DNA of 64,000 nt from Nitrospirota bacterium (GTDB lineage Bacteria > Nitrospirota > Thermodesulfovibrionia > Thermodesulfovibrionales > Dissulfurispiraceae), in the NCBI GenBank assembly GCA_963790025.1, contig CAWBMP010000004.1, positions 1,312,001-1,376,000 of the forward strand, in the 5' to 3' direction. The notes beneath the pieces are model-generated. The model saw only the letters and a list, made by a program, of their open reading frames with translations, searched no databases and was not told where the DNA came from. Both the position numbers and the translations under genes were made by a program. Below are positions 47,908 to 57,514 of the stretch, piece after piece (position 1 is the stretch's first letter; the number at the start of each line of letters is the position of its first letter).

Positions 47908-48655
47908 AGTGTATTTCATAGGGGCTGGACCGGGGGACCCTGAATTGATAACGCTCAAGGGCAGAAGGCTGCTGGACCAGGCTGATACGGTAATTTATGC
48001 CGGGAGCCTGGTAAATCCCTCTCTTCTGGACGGTGTAAACGCGGAGATCCACAATTCCGCGTCAATGACGCTTGAGGATACAATAGCGGTTATCGAACGG
48101 GCCGTAAAGGCAGGCAAGGTGGTTGTGCGGCTACATACAGGAGATACGGCTTTATACAGCGCCATATCCGAACAAATCGAGCGGCTCAGGAAATCGGGCA
48201 TCGAGTACGAAGTCATACCAGGCGTCTCTTCCGCCATGGCCGGGGCAGCGCTGCTCGGGCAGGAACTCACCATCCCAGAAATAAGCCAGACCGTCATATT
48301 CACGCGCATTGAAGGAAGAACACCGGTCCCGCAGACCGAACGACTCCGCTCTCTGGCAAAGCACCGGGCAACAATGGTAATTTTCCTGAGTGTCGGAATG
48401 ATCGCAAAAGTAAAAGCTGAACTCATGGCAGGATATCCCGGGGATACGCCTGTAGCCATAGTCGAGAAAGCCTCCTGGCCTCAGCAGAAGGTTGTCAGGG
48501 GATTGCTAAAAGATATTGTTGAGCTTGTGGAAAGTGAGGGCATCAAAAAAACCGCCCTCATCTTTGTCGGGGAATCCCTGAAAGCTGCAACTTGCTCTAT
48601 GGGCAAAGAGTCAAAACTATACAGCAGGGACTTCACGCATGAATACAGGAAATAA
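47900..48655 (+). CDS. cbiF: Cobalt-precorrin-4 C11-methyltransferase
   Basis: 'VYFIGAGPGDPELIT', 'YAGSLV', 'RLHTGD', 'ELTIPEISQTV' and 'SKLY'. Start at MAKVY. Confidence 0.95.
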   Translation: MAKVYFIGAGPGDPELITLKGRRLLDQADTVIYAGSLVNPSLLDGVNAEIHNSASMTLEDTIAVIERAVKAGKVVVRLHTGDTALYSAISEQIERLRKSGIEYEVIPGVSSAMAGAALLGQELTIPEISQTVIFTRIEGRTPVPQTERLRSLAKHRATMVIFLSVGMIAKVKAELMAGYPGDTPVAIVEKASWPQQKVVRGLLKDIVELVESEGIKKTALIFVGESLKAATCSMGKESKLYSRDFTHEYRK

Positions 48656-50390
48656 GGCTGTATTCTACATAACGGACACCGGACTTGCATTGTCGGCAAG
48701 GCTCAAGGACCTCTATCCCGGCCTCAACATTATCAAATACAGCGCCGGGGCAGTGCGCGATTTCTGGGGTACTGATAAGAGTCTAATTTTTATTATGGCT
48801 GCAGGGATCGTTGTGAGGACAATAGCTCCTCTGGTCACAGATAAACGCACAGATCCGGGCGTTGTCGTGGTGGATGAAAAAGGACAGTTCGCTGTCAGCC
48901 TTCTGAGCGGACACCTTGGCGGCGCCAACAGGCTGGCAACCGAGATTGCCCAATTTCTGCGCGGCAGGGCGGTCATTACCACAGCGTCAGATGTTAATAA
49001 TGTGCCATCGCTGGACTTGTGGGCAAAAGAAAAGGGCCTTGTAATTGAGGAATGGGGGCTTCTGCCCTTTGCTGGGACACAACTGCTCAATAACGGGGTC
49101 CTCAAGATATATACTGAGATACCTGTTGAACTACCGCCTGTTTTTTTAGAGACTGATGACCCCGGCATTGCCGATTTGTGTATTACAAACAAAAAACTAA
49201 TCCATTCGCCACAAAAGAAACAACTTTATTTGAGGCCGCAAAATCTTGTTGTGGGCATAGGATGCAATAGCGGGACTACGGCATACGAAATCCAAAGTGC
49301 GGTAATAAAGGTATTCGATGAGCATAATCTATCATTCCAGTCTGTCCGCGTTCTTGCTACCATTGATCTAAAGGCTGAGGAGCCGGGGCTTGTGGATTTT
49401 GCCGGGAAACACAAGGTCAAGATCGTTACTTTCACCCCCCACGAACTGAACAATGCTCCTGGTATGGATAATTTTATAGAAAAGTCAGAGGCTGTATTTA
49501 AAGCAACAGGGGCTTATTCGGTTGCAGAGGCGGCAGCCCTTATTTGTTCAGGAAGCAATACGCTCATCGTGCGGAAGCAGAAGGTCGGAAACTTGACACT
49601 TGCCGTAGCTGAAGAAAAGAGTACTCGCGGTAAAATATACATCGTAGGCACAGGACCTGGAGGAGTTGAGCACATTACGCCCTATGCGCAAAAGGCGATA
49701 AAGGAATCCGAAGCCGTTGTAGGGTACGGCACATATCTAGATTTAATAACGGAGCTGATAAAAGATAAAGATGTCGTCTCAACGGGCATGACGCAGGAAA
49801 TAGACCGCTGCCGAACAGCAGTAGAACTGGCCCTCAGCGGAAAAACCGTTGCAGTTGTGAGCGGTGGTGACCCGGGGATTTACGCGATGGCCGGCCTGGT
49901 GCTCGAAATACTCAGCGCTGAGGATCGAAAACGAGAAACGCCGTTTCCCCGTGTACCCGTCGAGGTCATTCCTGGCATATCGGCATTGAATGCCGGCGCC
50001 TCCAGGCTCGGAGCGCCGCTCATGCACGACTTTGCGGTCATAAGCTTATCAGACAGGCTCACTCCCTGGGAACTAATAGAAAAAAGGCTCGACGCCGCTG
50101 CAATGGCCGACTTTGTTATAGTCCTTTATAATCCTAGAAGCAAGGGAAGACCCAGCCATATTGACAGGGCACAGGAGATATGCCTCAGATACCGGGGTGC
50201 TGAAACCCCTGTAGGCATAGTAAAAGCTGCCATGAGAGAAAATGAGAAGGTGATTGTTACAAGTCTTTCTGATATGCTCGATCATGACATCGATATGCAG
50301 ACGACGGTTATTGTAGGCAATTCCGCTACTTTCACATGGAACAATTTCATGATCACGCCCAGAGGATATACAGCTTCGAAGAGACTGTAA
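48639..50390 (+). CDS. cbiG: CbiG-CbiH fusion (cobalt-precorrin-5A hydrolase + precorrin-3B C17-methyltransferase)
   Basis: 'DKRTDPGVV', 'LSGHLGGAN', 'GIGC' and 'SVAEAAA', then 'VGTGPG', 'SGGDPGIY', 'ISLSDRLTPW', 'YNPRS' and 'TPRGY'. Confidence 0.93.
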   Translation: MNTGNKAVFYITDTGLALSARLKDLYPGLNIIKYSAGAVRDFWGTDKSLIFIMAAGIVVRTIAPLVTDKRTDPGVVVVDEKGQFAVSLLSGHLGGANRLATEIAQFLRGRAVITTASDVNNVPSLDLWAKEKGLVIEEWGLLPFAGTQLLNNGVLKIYTEIPVELPPVFLETDDPGIADLCITNKKLIHSPQKKQLYLRPQNLVVGIGCNSGTTAYEIQSAVIKVFDEHNLSFQSVRVLATIDLKAEEPGLVDFAGKHKVKIVTFTPHELNNAPGMDNFIEKSEAVFKATGAYSVAEAAALICSGSNTLIVRKQKVGNLTLAVAEEKSTRGKIYIVGTGPGGVEHITPYAQKAIKESEAVVGYGTYLDLITELIKDKDVVSTGMTQEIDRCRTAVELALSGKTVAVVSGGDPGIYAMAGLVLEILSAEDRKRETPFPRVPVEVIPGISALNAGASRLGAPLMHDFAVISLSDRLTPWELIEKRLDAAAMADFVIVLYNPRSKGRPSHIDRAQEICLRYRGAETPVGIVKAAMRENEKVIVTSLSDMLDHDIDMQTTVIVGNSATFTWNNFMITPRGYTASKRL

Positions 50391-50492
50391 CAATCCGGAT
50401 TTCAGCCCGCATTATTCATAACATTAGCACTATGGTCAGCCTGCCCTTGGGTTTGAATTTATGACTGATGTGGGTTAGTATAAAATTGAGGT

Positions 50493-52409
50493 GTGACCTT
50501 GAAAAAATCAATAGCGAGAATACTCCTCATTGAAGATGATGATGGAGATGTGGAGTTAATCCGGGAAATGCTGTACAGTTGTAAAAGTAAATTTATTCTT
50601 GAGAGCTCCAATCGGCTCTCGTCTGGATTAAAGCTCCTCGAAGAAGATTACTTCGATGTGGTCCTTTTGGATCTCGGATTGCCTGATAGCAGCGGAATTG
50701 ATACTTTGCTCAAGGTCCAGGAAAAAGAGCAGGTGCCGCCTATTATCGTCTTGACAGGTTTGTCGGATGAAGAACTGGCCGAAGAAGCGATCTGGGTTGG
50801 GGCGCAGGATTACCTGGTAAAAGGGAAAATCGATGACGATGTGCTTTATCGTTCAATCACATATTCAATTAACCGAAGACAAGCTGAGAACGCGGTCCAT
50901 GCTGCCGAAAAGAAATTCAGGGATTTTCTGGAAACCATACAACTGGTGGCAGTTATGCTCGATCTTGACGGCAATATTACCTTCTGTAATAATTACCTTC
51001 TAAGCCTGACCGGGTGGTCCAAAGATGAAGTACTCTATAAAAACTGGTTTGATCTGTTTATACCTGAAAAAGATAGAGACAATACCAAATCAGTTTTCAA
51101 GGCAGTCATTAAAGACGGACCCATGCTGCTCTGTGATTACCAAATCCTCACACGCAAGGGAGACTTGAGGGAACTTGAATGGGACAACACGCTTTTGCAT
51201 TCTCCTGAAGGCAGTGTAATAGGAACTGCAAGCATCGGCATTGACATTACGGCGCACAGGCAGATGGAAGCGCAGTTGAGACAGGCGCAAAAAATGGAAG
51301 CCATTGGTCAGATTTCAGGTGGGATAGCCCACGACTTTAACAATATTTTGAGTGGGATGATGGGCTATGTGACACTGCTTCAGATGAAATCAAAAGAAGG
51401 CGACCCTGCAAGGCAATATTTGAACCAACTGCTTTCGCTTACGGAAAGAGCGGCAGCCCTTACCAGGAGTCTCCTGGCGTTCAGCAGGAAGCAGATACTG
51501 GACATAAGGCCGACAAATCTTAATGATATAGTCGGCATGGTTGGGAAACTCCTGTCCAGAGTGATAGGTGAGGACATAGAGTTAAACCTGAAGCCTTCAG
51601 ATAAGGATGTAGTGGTAAATGCTGATGCAGGGCAGATAGAGCAGGCCTTGATGAACCTTGCAACGAATGCCAGGGATGCCATGCCTGAAGGAGGCACATT
51701 GACCGTAAGCACGGGACCTTTTGAAATGGATAATCACTTCATAAACATGCATGGATATGGGAAGCCGGGTAAATATGCCCTTTTGATAGTACAGGACACC
51801 GGGATGGGAATAGATGAGGAGACAAGGAAAAAGATATTCGAACCCTTTTTTACCACCAAGGGAGCAGACAAAGGCACAGGACTTGGACTTGCGATGGTAT
51901 ACGGGACAATAAAGCAGCATGATGGATATATAAACGTTTATAGTGAAGAGGGCAAAGGGACAACATTCACAATTTATTTGCCGGCGATTGAGGCTGAAGC
52001 GGCGGAAGAAAAGACCGTGGACAACATCCCCCGGAGGGGCGGTACAGAGACAATACTATTGGTTGAAGATGAAGCATCATTGAGACAGGCGACAAGGAGC
52101 ATACTGGAAGAATTCGGATATAGGGTAATAGAGGCGGAAGACGGGAATGACGCGGTGAACAAGTTCGCGGAACACAAGGCAGAGATCAAGCTTGTGTTAA
52201 TGGATGTGATAATGCCGGGGAAAAGCGGCAAAGAGGCATATCAGGAGATGCAGAAAATACAGCCTGACGCGAAGGTCATATTCACCAGTGGGCATACAGG
52301 GGACATGCTGACAAGCAAGAAAATAGCTGAAGAAGGTTTACATTTTATTTCAAAGCCTGTTTCACCAAGAGAGCTTTTCGAAAAAATCAGGGACGTGCTG
52401 GACAATTGA
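50493..52409 (+). CDS. Hybrid sensor histidine kinase REC-PAS-HisKA-HATPase-REC
   Basis: N-terminal receiver, PAS, 'GIAHDFNN', 'NARDAM', 'FFTTK..GTGLGL' and a C-terminal receiver. Confidence 0.93.
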   Translation: MTLKKSIARILLIEDDDGDVELIREMLYSCKSKFILESSNRLSSGLKLLEEDYFDVVLLDLGLPDSSGIDTLLKVQEKEQVPPIIVLTGLSDEELAEEAIWVGAQDYLVKGKIDDDVLYRSITYSINRRQAENAVHAAEKKFRDFLETIQLVAVMLDLDGNITFCNNYLLSLTGWSKDEVLYKNWFDLFIPEKDRDNTKSVFKAVIKDGPMLLCDYQILTRKGDLRELEWDNTLLHSPEGSVIGTASIGIDITAHRQMEAQLRQAQKMEAIGQISGGIAHDFNNILSGMMGYVTLLQMKSKEGDPARQYLNQLLSLTERAAALTRSLLAFSRKQILDIRPTNLNDIVGMVGKLLSRVIGEDIELNLKPSDKDVVVNADAGQIEQALMNLATNARDAMPEGGTLTVSTGPFEMDNHFINMHGYGKPGKYALLIVQDTGMGIDEETRKKIFEPFFTTKGADKGTGLGLAMVYGTIKQHDGYINVYSEEGKGTTFTIYLPAIEAEAAEEKTVDNIPRRGGTETILLVEDEASLRQATRSILEEFGYRVIEAEDGNDAVNKFAEHKAEIKLVLMDVIMPGKSGKEAYQEMQKIQPDAKVIFTSGHTGDMLTSKKIAEEGLHFISKPVSPRELFEKIRDVLDN

Positions 52410-52445
52410 ATAGAGAATAAAGACCCTTAAACTCAACCTCGCTTA

Positions 52446-52979
52446 TCACTCCCTCAATCTGTTGTTCAATAGATATTCTACCTCACCTAGAATCAAATCC
52501 GGCAATAAATCCCTGTTGGTTAAGGTCACTTCACATATCTCAATATCTCTCCTGCCCTTTATGTTTTGGATAAAGTCATCGCCACCCAGCGTAATGGTGC
52601 CGATCACAATATTAGGGGAATCGAGTGCTGCCAGCACAGACTTCCTGAAGGCCTCTGAAAAACACTCCATCTTGCCGATTTCATCAAGAATGATAATATT
52701 GGTGTTACGGGGAATGAGGGAAGGGACGGCAATAGACTCAATATTTTCGATACTGACCCCGTACCTTCTGATATGGACAGGGGACTTGATATCCTGATGA
52801 GCAAGGTAGCCCTTTGTACCCTCAAGGGTTTTCATTAGAAAGCCGGTCCTGTTGCCTTTTGCTCTCTCCTCTTCAGTGTAAAATCCGTTGGCAGGGGCCG
52901 CCAGGGCCGCAATTATTTTTTTGATGACCGTTGTCTTTCCTGATGAGGGTGCACCTGTCAGGAATATATTCTTCTTCAT
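52446..52979 (-). CDS. THEP1/NTPase_1-family nucleoside triphosphatase
   Basis: 'TGAPSSGKTT', 'GFYTEE' and 'ILDEIGKME'. Confidence 0.9.
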   Translation of the reverse strand: MKKNIFLTGAPSSGKTTVIKKIIAALAAPANGFYTEEERAKGNRTGFLMKTLEGTKGYLAHQDIKSPVHIRRYGVSIENIESIAVPSLIPRNTNIIILDEIGKMECFSEAFRKSVLAALDSPNIVIGTITLGGDDFIQNIKGRRDIEICEVTLTNRDLLPDLILGEVEYLLNNRLRE

Positions 52980-53076
52980 ACCAATAATCGTACCCTACGG
53001 GAGAGAGAAAAAGGAAGAAGAAAAGGCAAACAAAATGGAGTAAAATAAAATATGCTGAATAGGAGTTGTAGAACAA

Positions 53077-54387
53077 TTGACAAAGCCTGATTGTAATATT
53101 GCCCTCTTCTGGGATGAGTCCTTTCTCTGGGGATTAATGGCTTATAAGGCGTTAAAGGCCGCATGCCTTCCTTTCAAGCTGATTTGTGCAGAAGATATCA
53201 AAAAGGGTGTCCTTGGGGAATACAGACTTCTTTTCGTTCCCGGCGGGTGGGCCTCAAACAAAATCAAGACGCTCGGTACCGATGGGATTATTAAAATAAA
53301 AGCATTTGTCGGCAACGGCGGCAATTACCTCGGCTTTTGCGGCGGTGCAGGGCTTGCGACACTCGACGGCATAGGACTGCTGAATATCAGAAGAAAACCT
53401 ACAAAAGAGCGGGTCCCGAGCTTCAGCGGGAGGATACGCCTTAACCTGTCTGAACACAGTATATGGCACGGTATCACAGAGCCTGTGTTCCACGCGTGGT
53501 GGCCCTCGCAGCTTGTCCTGGAAGATAAGTCTATAAGAATTCTGGCGACCTATGGAGACGCCTTGCCCGACTCATTTAGTTCAGACTTAAACGTCGGCGA
53601 TATTGGGACCGGCGGCAACTGGGTGGAGATGGAAAAAACCTACAAGATTAACCTTGATCCCCTGCGGCTGAATAATGAGCCTGCTGTTGTCGAGGGCGGC
53701 TATGGCAAGGGAAAAGTCTTGCTCTCGTTGGTCCATTTTGATACACCCGGTGATGCAAACGGCACTGTCGTGCTGAAAAATATATGGCACTATCTTGCTC
53801 CGTGTTTTCCTGTCTCCGTGTCCCAGAGTCGGAGTCCCCGAGAAGTCCTTCGACTTTTTGGCGCAGGTCTCCGTGTCGGGGTCCCAGCGTCGGGGTCCCC
53901 GAAAAGTCCTTCGACTTTTTGGCGCAGGTCTCCGTGTCGGGGTTCACAGACTTCCAGGCTGTTTTCTGAATTCGAATCGGCAGTCGATGATCTGATTGCT
54001 CTTGGCGAGCTGAATTTTATCTGGTTCCGGAGAAACGATATGCTTTTACAATGGCGGAGGGGAGTAAGGGGGCTCGAATACTGTACCTTGAATATATTAA
54101 TAAAAGAAATATCGCAAATTATAAAAAACCGGGGTATTGACCCTTCAGGCATTGCCGATTGCGCATTAAGGATTAATGAATTGCTCGTCCCTTTTGTCGA
54201 AAAGGCAAAGCATCTTCTTATTCTGGAAAGAAATGCTTTGCATAATGGGCATATCACCTATGAAAAGTGTGACGACCCCGAAATCCGGAAAATAAGAAGC
54301 GAGCTTTTTTCCAACTCGAAAAGCTATGGAGGATTATTTAAAGAGCTGATAGATGAGGTTGATGCGCTTTTGTACTCGCTCCTTTAA
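53077..54387 (+). CDS. BPL-N-like (class I glutamine amidotransferase-like) protein with an in-frame repeat insertion
   Basis: 'LFVPGGWA', 'GGNYLGFCGGAG' and 'GKGKVLLSLVH'. Confidence 0.8.
   Translation: MTKPDCNIALFWDESFLWGLMAYKALKAACLPFKLICAEDIKKGVLGEYRLLFVPGGWASNKIKTLGTDGIIKIKAFVGNGGNYLGFCGGAGLATLDGIGLLNIRRKPTKERVPSFSGRIRLNLSEHSIWHGITEPVFHAWWPSQLVLEDKSIRILATYGDALPDSFSSDLNVGDIGTGGNWVEMEKTYKINLDPLRLNNEPAVVEGGYGKGKVLLSLVHFDTPGDANGTVVLKNIWHYLAPCFPVSVSQSRSPREVLRLFGAGLRVGVPASGSPKSPSTFWRRSPCRGSQTSRLFSEFESAVDDLIALGELNFIWFRRNDMLLQWRRGVRGLEYCTLNILIKEISQIIKNRGIDPSGIADCALRINELLVPFVEKAKHLLILERNALHNGHITYEKCDDPEIRKIRSELFSNSKSYGGLFKELIDEVDALLYSLL
53820..53943 (+). repeat. Two tandem 61-bp units, each containing a GGGGTCCCCGAAAAGTC-CTTC-GACTTTTTGG-type hairpin
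   Basis: 53820-53880 and 53881-53941 differ at three positions. Confidence 0.9.
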
Positions 54388-55259
54388 ATAGTTCCTATAA
54401 GCTTAATACAATAATCCTGCGCGGCTTTATTGAATAGGAGCGACAGATGGTTAGAATTAAAATTACGATGTTCATCGGCAAAGGGAAGCACTGCGCTAGC
54501 TGCTGAAACAAGACCATCCCCATGTCCTTTTTTCATTTCTTCAGGTAAGGACTTGCCGGGCAGCAGGCGCCGGGCAACCTCGGACAGTGAAAGGTCTCCT
54601 ATTCTGAAAAGTTCGGCATTTGTACCCCCGGCGGACGCATATAGGATGTGTTTATGCTTCCTGTCTTTGAGCCCAGCATAAAACGGCGATTCAGGAAGCA
54701 ATTCCTTCAACCCCGTGCTGGTAAAAAACAGGAGAATTCTCTGAAAGGCGGATTTGGCAGAATTTTTTTTATGCATTTCGAGTGCCTGTAAGGCAAAAGA
54801 GGCCAGCGGCGACAGGGAGGAGGCCCATTTGGCCATTGTAGTTCCCTGATGCGGAGTGGCAAGAGTGAAGAGACCTCTGACCAAAGGACGGCCCCCCTGA
54901 AGATATTTTCTGGCGATCAACCCACCTCTGCTGTGTCCTATGAGCACCACACCGTTCCCTGTGTGCCGTCCAAATGCTGCAATAAGTGAGTGCAATTCGT
55001 CCACGGCTGACATCATCGGCCCCACAGGCCTGCGCTGGCTCCACGTAAGCACCGAAAAGCCGCGGTCAGCAAGCTCAATAAATAAGCTTTTCATTTCACT
55101 GTCGCCTTTGCGCAGCAGTATCTGAAGACTGTACTTGCCGCCCATAACGCGTGCTTGCAGAGGATTGCTCCAGACTTTCACGTCCATTCCCATGCCGTGA
55201 ATAAATACGGCAAGCGGTTTATCGGCGCTGCCCTCGTAAAATACTGTTTCATTCACCAT
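54384..55259 (-). CDS. Alpha/beta hydrolase (lipase/esterase, PGAP1-like)
   Basis: 'FIHGMG', nucleophile 'GHSRGG', 'LATPHQG', 'GDGLV' and 'NH'. Confidence 0.88.
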   Translation of the reverse strand: MVNETVFYEGSADKPLAVFIHGMGMDVKVWSNPLQARVMGGKYSLQILLRKGDSEMKSLFIELADRGFSVLTWSQRRPVGPMMSAVDELHSLIAAFGRHTGNGVVLIGHSRGGLIARKYLQGGRPLVRGLFTLATPHQGTTMAKWASSLSPLASFALQALEMHKKNSAKSAFQRILLFFTSTGLKELLPESPFYAGLKDRKHKHILYASAGGTNAELFRIGDLSLSEVARRLLPGKSLPEEMKKGHGDGLVSAASAVLPFADEHRNFNSNHLSLLFNKAAQDYCIKLIGTI

Positions 55260-55325
55260 TTGCGTCCCCTATTGGTATTACTATACAGGATATCACTATT
55301 CCTGGCGACTTTCTCCCTTAAAAGT

Positions 55326-55505
55326 GAAGAGGCAGTGGGTCAGTTTGTTTTTTCTCTGGCTCAAATAGTCTTTTCTATCCAATCACAGGCATGTACTGAA
55401 GATTATCTGACAGCCACTTCTTAATATGTGGGCTGGGCGGTTACCAGCCCACTGTTGAGAACCCGGGTGATCCAGAGCAAAAACAAACTGACCCACTGCG
55501 TCTTC
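55326..55505 (+). ncRNA. ssrS: Probable 6S RNA
   Basis: 180-nt intergenic rod closed by a 34-bp stem with 2 mismatches and containing the internal hairpin GTGGGCTGG...CCAGCCCAC. Size and shape fit 6S; the strand is inferred. Confidence 0.6.
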
Positions 55506-55508
55506 CTA

Positions 55509-55538
55509 TTGACAATTCGATAGCCTTACTGTTATAAA
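55509..55538 (+). promoter_or_regulatory. Sigma70 promoter for the dsrH/E/F-like-tusA operon
   Basis: TTGACA at 55509 and an extended -10 TGnTATAAA ending at 55538. Confidence 0.65.
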
Positions 55539-55631
55539 TTATGTTGCGTATATCGACATCTTTTTTTCATATTATTCACCTGATATTATAATAAAAGTCT
55601 GTATGCCAGACTAAAAAACGATAGAGGAGGT

Positions 55632-55934
55632 GTGAGCGTGAAACTGGGCGTTTTATTGAGTGAATATCGTAACGGAGCTGATGTCCTCGATAGATTGACT
55701 GCCGATAAGCTCGGCGTAATTCTTGTTGGTAATGGCGTATACAATGCTGCCGTTAAAGAAAAAGGCAAGGCATCCTCAGTCCTCGAAAAACCTGCAACCT
55801 TTTATGTACTTTCTGAGGACCTTGAAAGCAGAGGGTTCACTGCTGCGGACGTCGACAGCCGGGTAAAGGTGGTGACCTACAGCGATCTTGTCGACCTCAT
55901 TTTTAATGACTACGAAAAAACAATATGGATATAA
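55632..55934 (+). CDS. DsrH/TusB-like sulfur relay protein
   Basis: 'LVGNGVY', 'YVLSEDLESRG' and 'YSDLVDL'. Confidence 0.8.
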   Translation: MSVKLGVLLSEYRNGADVLDRLTADKLGVILVGNGVYNAAVKEKGKASSVLEKPATFYVLSEDLESRGFTAADVDSRVKVVTYSDLVDLIFNDYEKTIWI

Positions 55935-55953
55935 TTTTTAAAAGGAGACGAGC

Positions 55954-56316
55954 ATGGGAAAATTAACAATAGGCTGCTTTTCATCGCTGGTCGGCTCGCT
56001 GTCCCTCGATTTCGCCGTCAAACTTTCTGATGCGGCCATACAAAAGGGGCACAAGGTTGATCTGTGGATATCCGGAAACGCCACGATGCTTTCCAAAAAA
56101 GGCCAGAAGGCATTTAAGGATTACTCTGCCCTTGCAAAAAAAGTCCAGGAACTCGTTGCTGCCGGCAATCTGCAGGTAACAGCGTGTGAGGCATGCGCTG
56201 AGGCAAGAGGCTATCACAAAGAGGACACAATGGAAGGTGTTAAAAGATTCAGCATGGACTGGTATCTTGCAAGCACTTTCACAGCTGACAGGGTCCTTCA
56301 TATAGGAGGCGATTAA
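55954..56316 (+). CDS. DsrE/TusD-like sulfurtransferase
   Basis: 'AIQKGHKV', conserved Cys in 'ACEACAEARG' and 'ADRVL'. Confidence 0.82.
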   Translation: MGKLTIGCFSSLVGSLSLDFAVKLSDAAIQKGHKVDLWISGNATMLSKKGQKAFKDYSALAKKVQELVAAGNLQVTACEACAEARGYHKEDTMEGVKRFSMDWYLASTFTADRVLHIGGD

Positions 56317-56317
56317 T

Positions 56318-56731
56318 ATGGCGACAAAAAAACTGGGATTTGTTATCAGGACTCTGCCTTATAAAATTGAAGGCTCAAGGCTTGCAATGACCCACGCGAT
56401 TTCGAGCCAGACCGTTGAAATATATCTGGAAGACGGAGATATGGTTGAACCAGTGGTATGCTTTATCGGCGATGGCGTACTCAATTGCCTCAAAAACCAG
56501 CAGGCAATGAAACATTACGGCATCACCAGTCTCGAACAGCATATAAAAAATTCCCTTTTACTTGATCTGAACGTATTGATATGCAAAGAGGACATCGACA
56601 AACTCGGCATTAAGGAAGACGCACTGATAATGGATGCTGAGGACATCGGGGGGGAGACTGTAGCAAAGATTGTTCCCTACAGTGAAATTCAGAAGGCGAT
56701 GGAATCGGTAGACCATCTTCTCTTCTGCTAA
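56318..56731 (+). CDS. DsrF/TusC-like protein
   Basis: 'KKLGFVIRTLPY' and 'FIGDGV..CLKNQ'. Confidence 0.75.
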   Translation: MATKKLGFVIRTLPYKIEGSRLAMTHAISSQTVEIYLEDGDMVEPVVCFIGDGVLNCLKNQQAMKHYGITSLEQHIKNSLLLDLNVLICKEDIDKLGIKEDALIMDAEDIGGETVAKIVPYSEIQKAMESVDHLLFC

Positions 56732-56756
56732 TAACCGCAACAGGAGGATTTTTAAA

Positions 56757-57008
56757 ATGGCAGATTTAAAGTCACAAGCACCGACAGAAACATTGGATGT
56801 TTTAGGAAGGGTCTGTCCCTATCCGTTGGTATTGACCAAGAAACAGTTGGAGAAAATGGGTGGAGGCACACTCCTCAAAATTCTGTGCGATGCCCCGGCC
56901 TCTGCCGAGGATTCCATACCACGGTATGCCGAAAAGCAGGGATTCCCGATCGAAGTGGTAAAGCTGGAAGATAAAGGCTACTGGGAGATTTACATCCAGA
57001 AGAAATAG
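56757..57008 (+). CDS. tusA: TusA-family sulfur carrier
   Basis: 'LDVLGRVCPYP' (CPxP), 83 aa. Confidence 0.92.
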   Translation: MADLKSQAPTETLDVLGRVCPYPLVLTKKQLEKMGGGTLLKILCDAPASAEDSIPRYAEKQGFPIEVVKLEDKGYWEIYIQKK

Positions 57009-57027
57009 AACAGCCCCGGCAGAAAAT

Positions 57028-57064
57028 AAAAAGGAGCCGAGTTGAATGCTCGGCTCCTTTTTTA
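57028..57064. terminator. Bidirectional intrinsic terminator
   Basis: AAAAAGGAGCCGAG-loop-CTCGGCTCCTTTTTTT between the convergent tusA and ferredoxin genes. Confidence 0.9.
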
Positions 57065-57090
57065 TTGCGGTCCGGGAATAGGGGAAATGC

Positions 57091-57276
57091 CTATATCTCG
57101 GTTATGGTAATTGCGGATGACGGACATACGCCGGTGCAGCTCTCGCAAAAAACGCATTCGCCTGTCTGGTAGGGATCAGACTTGCCGTCTACCATTCTGA
57201 AGACTTCGTTCGGGCATACATTCACGCACTCTTCACAGCCTTCGCATTTGGCTGCATCAATAGAAACGTTATACAT
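57091..57276 (-). CDS. 2[4Fe-4S] ferredoxin (61 aa)
   Basis: CEGCEECVNVCP and CVFCESCTGVCP, with a GGAGGTG RBS before the ATG at 57276. Confidence 0.93.
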   Translation of the reverse strand: MYNVSIDAAKCEGCEECVNVCPNEVFRMVDGKSDPYQTGECVFCESCTGVCPSSAITITEI

Positions 57277-57514
57277 TATGATAACACCTCCTGTTTTTCC
57301 TAATATTTTAAAATTTATCGGCACTAAAAATCAAATGTGCTGACCCCTGTGTTTATGACTATATTTTATATGGCTATAATTAGCTTGACGCCAATCCATC
57401 TAAGGGATAAACTTGAGGAAAATGGAGCGGGCAACAGAAATGAGAGGCTATATAGAGCTAATCCTTAAGGGTCTACGCACAAATAGACTTTAAATTAAAA
57501 AGGAGGTTTGCAGC

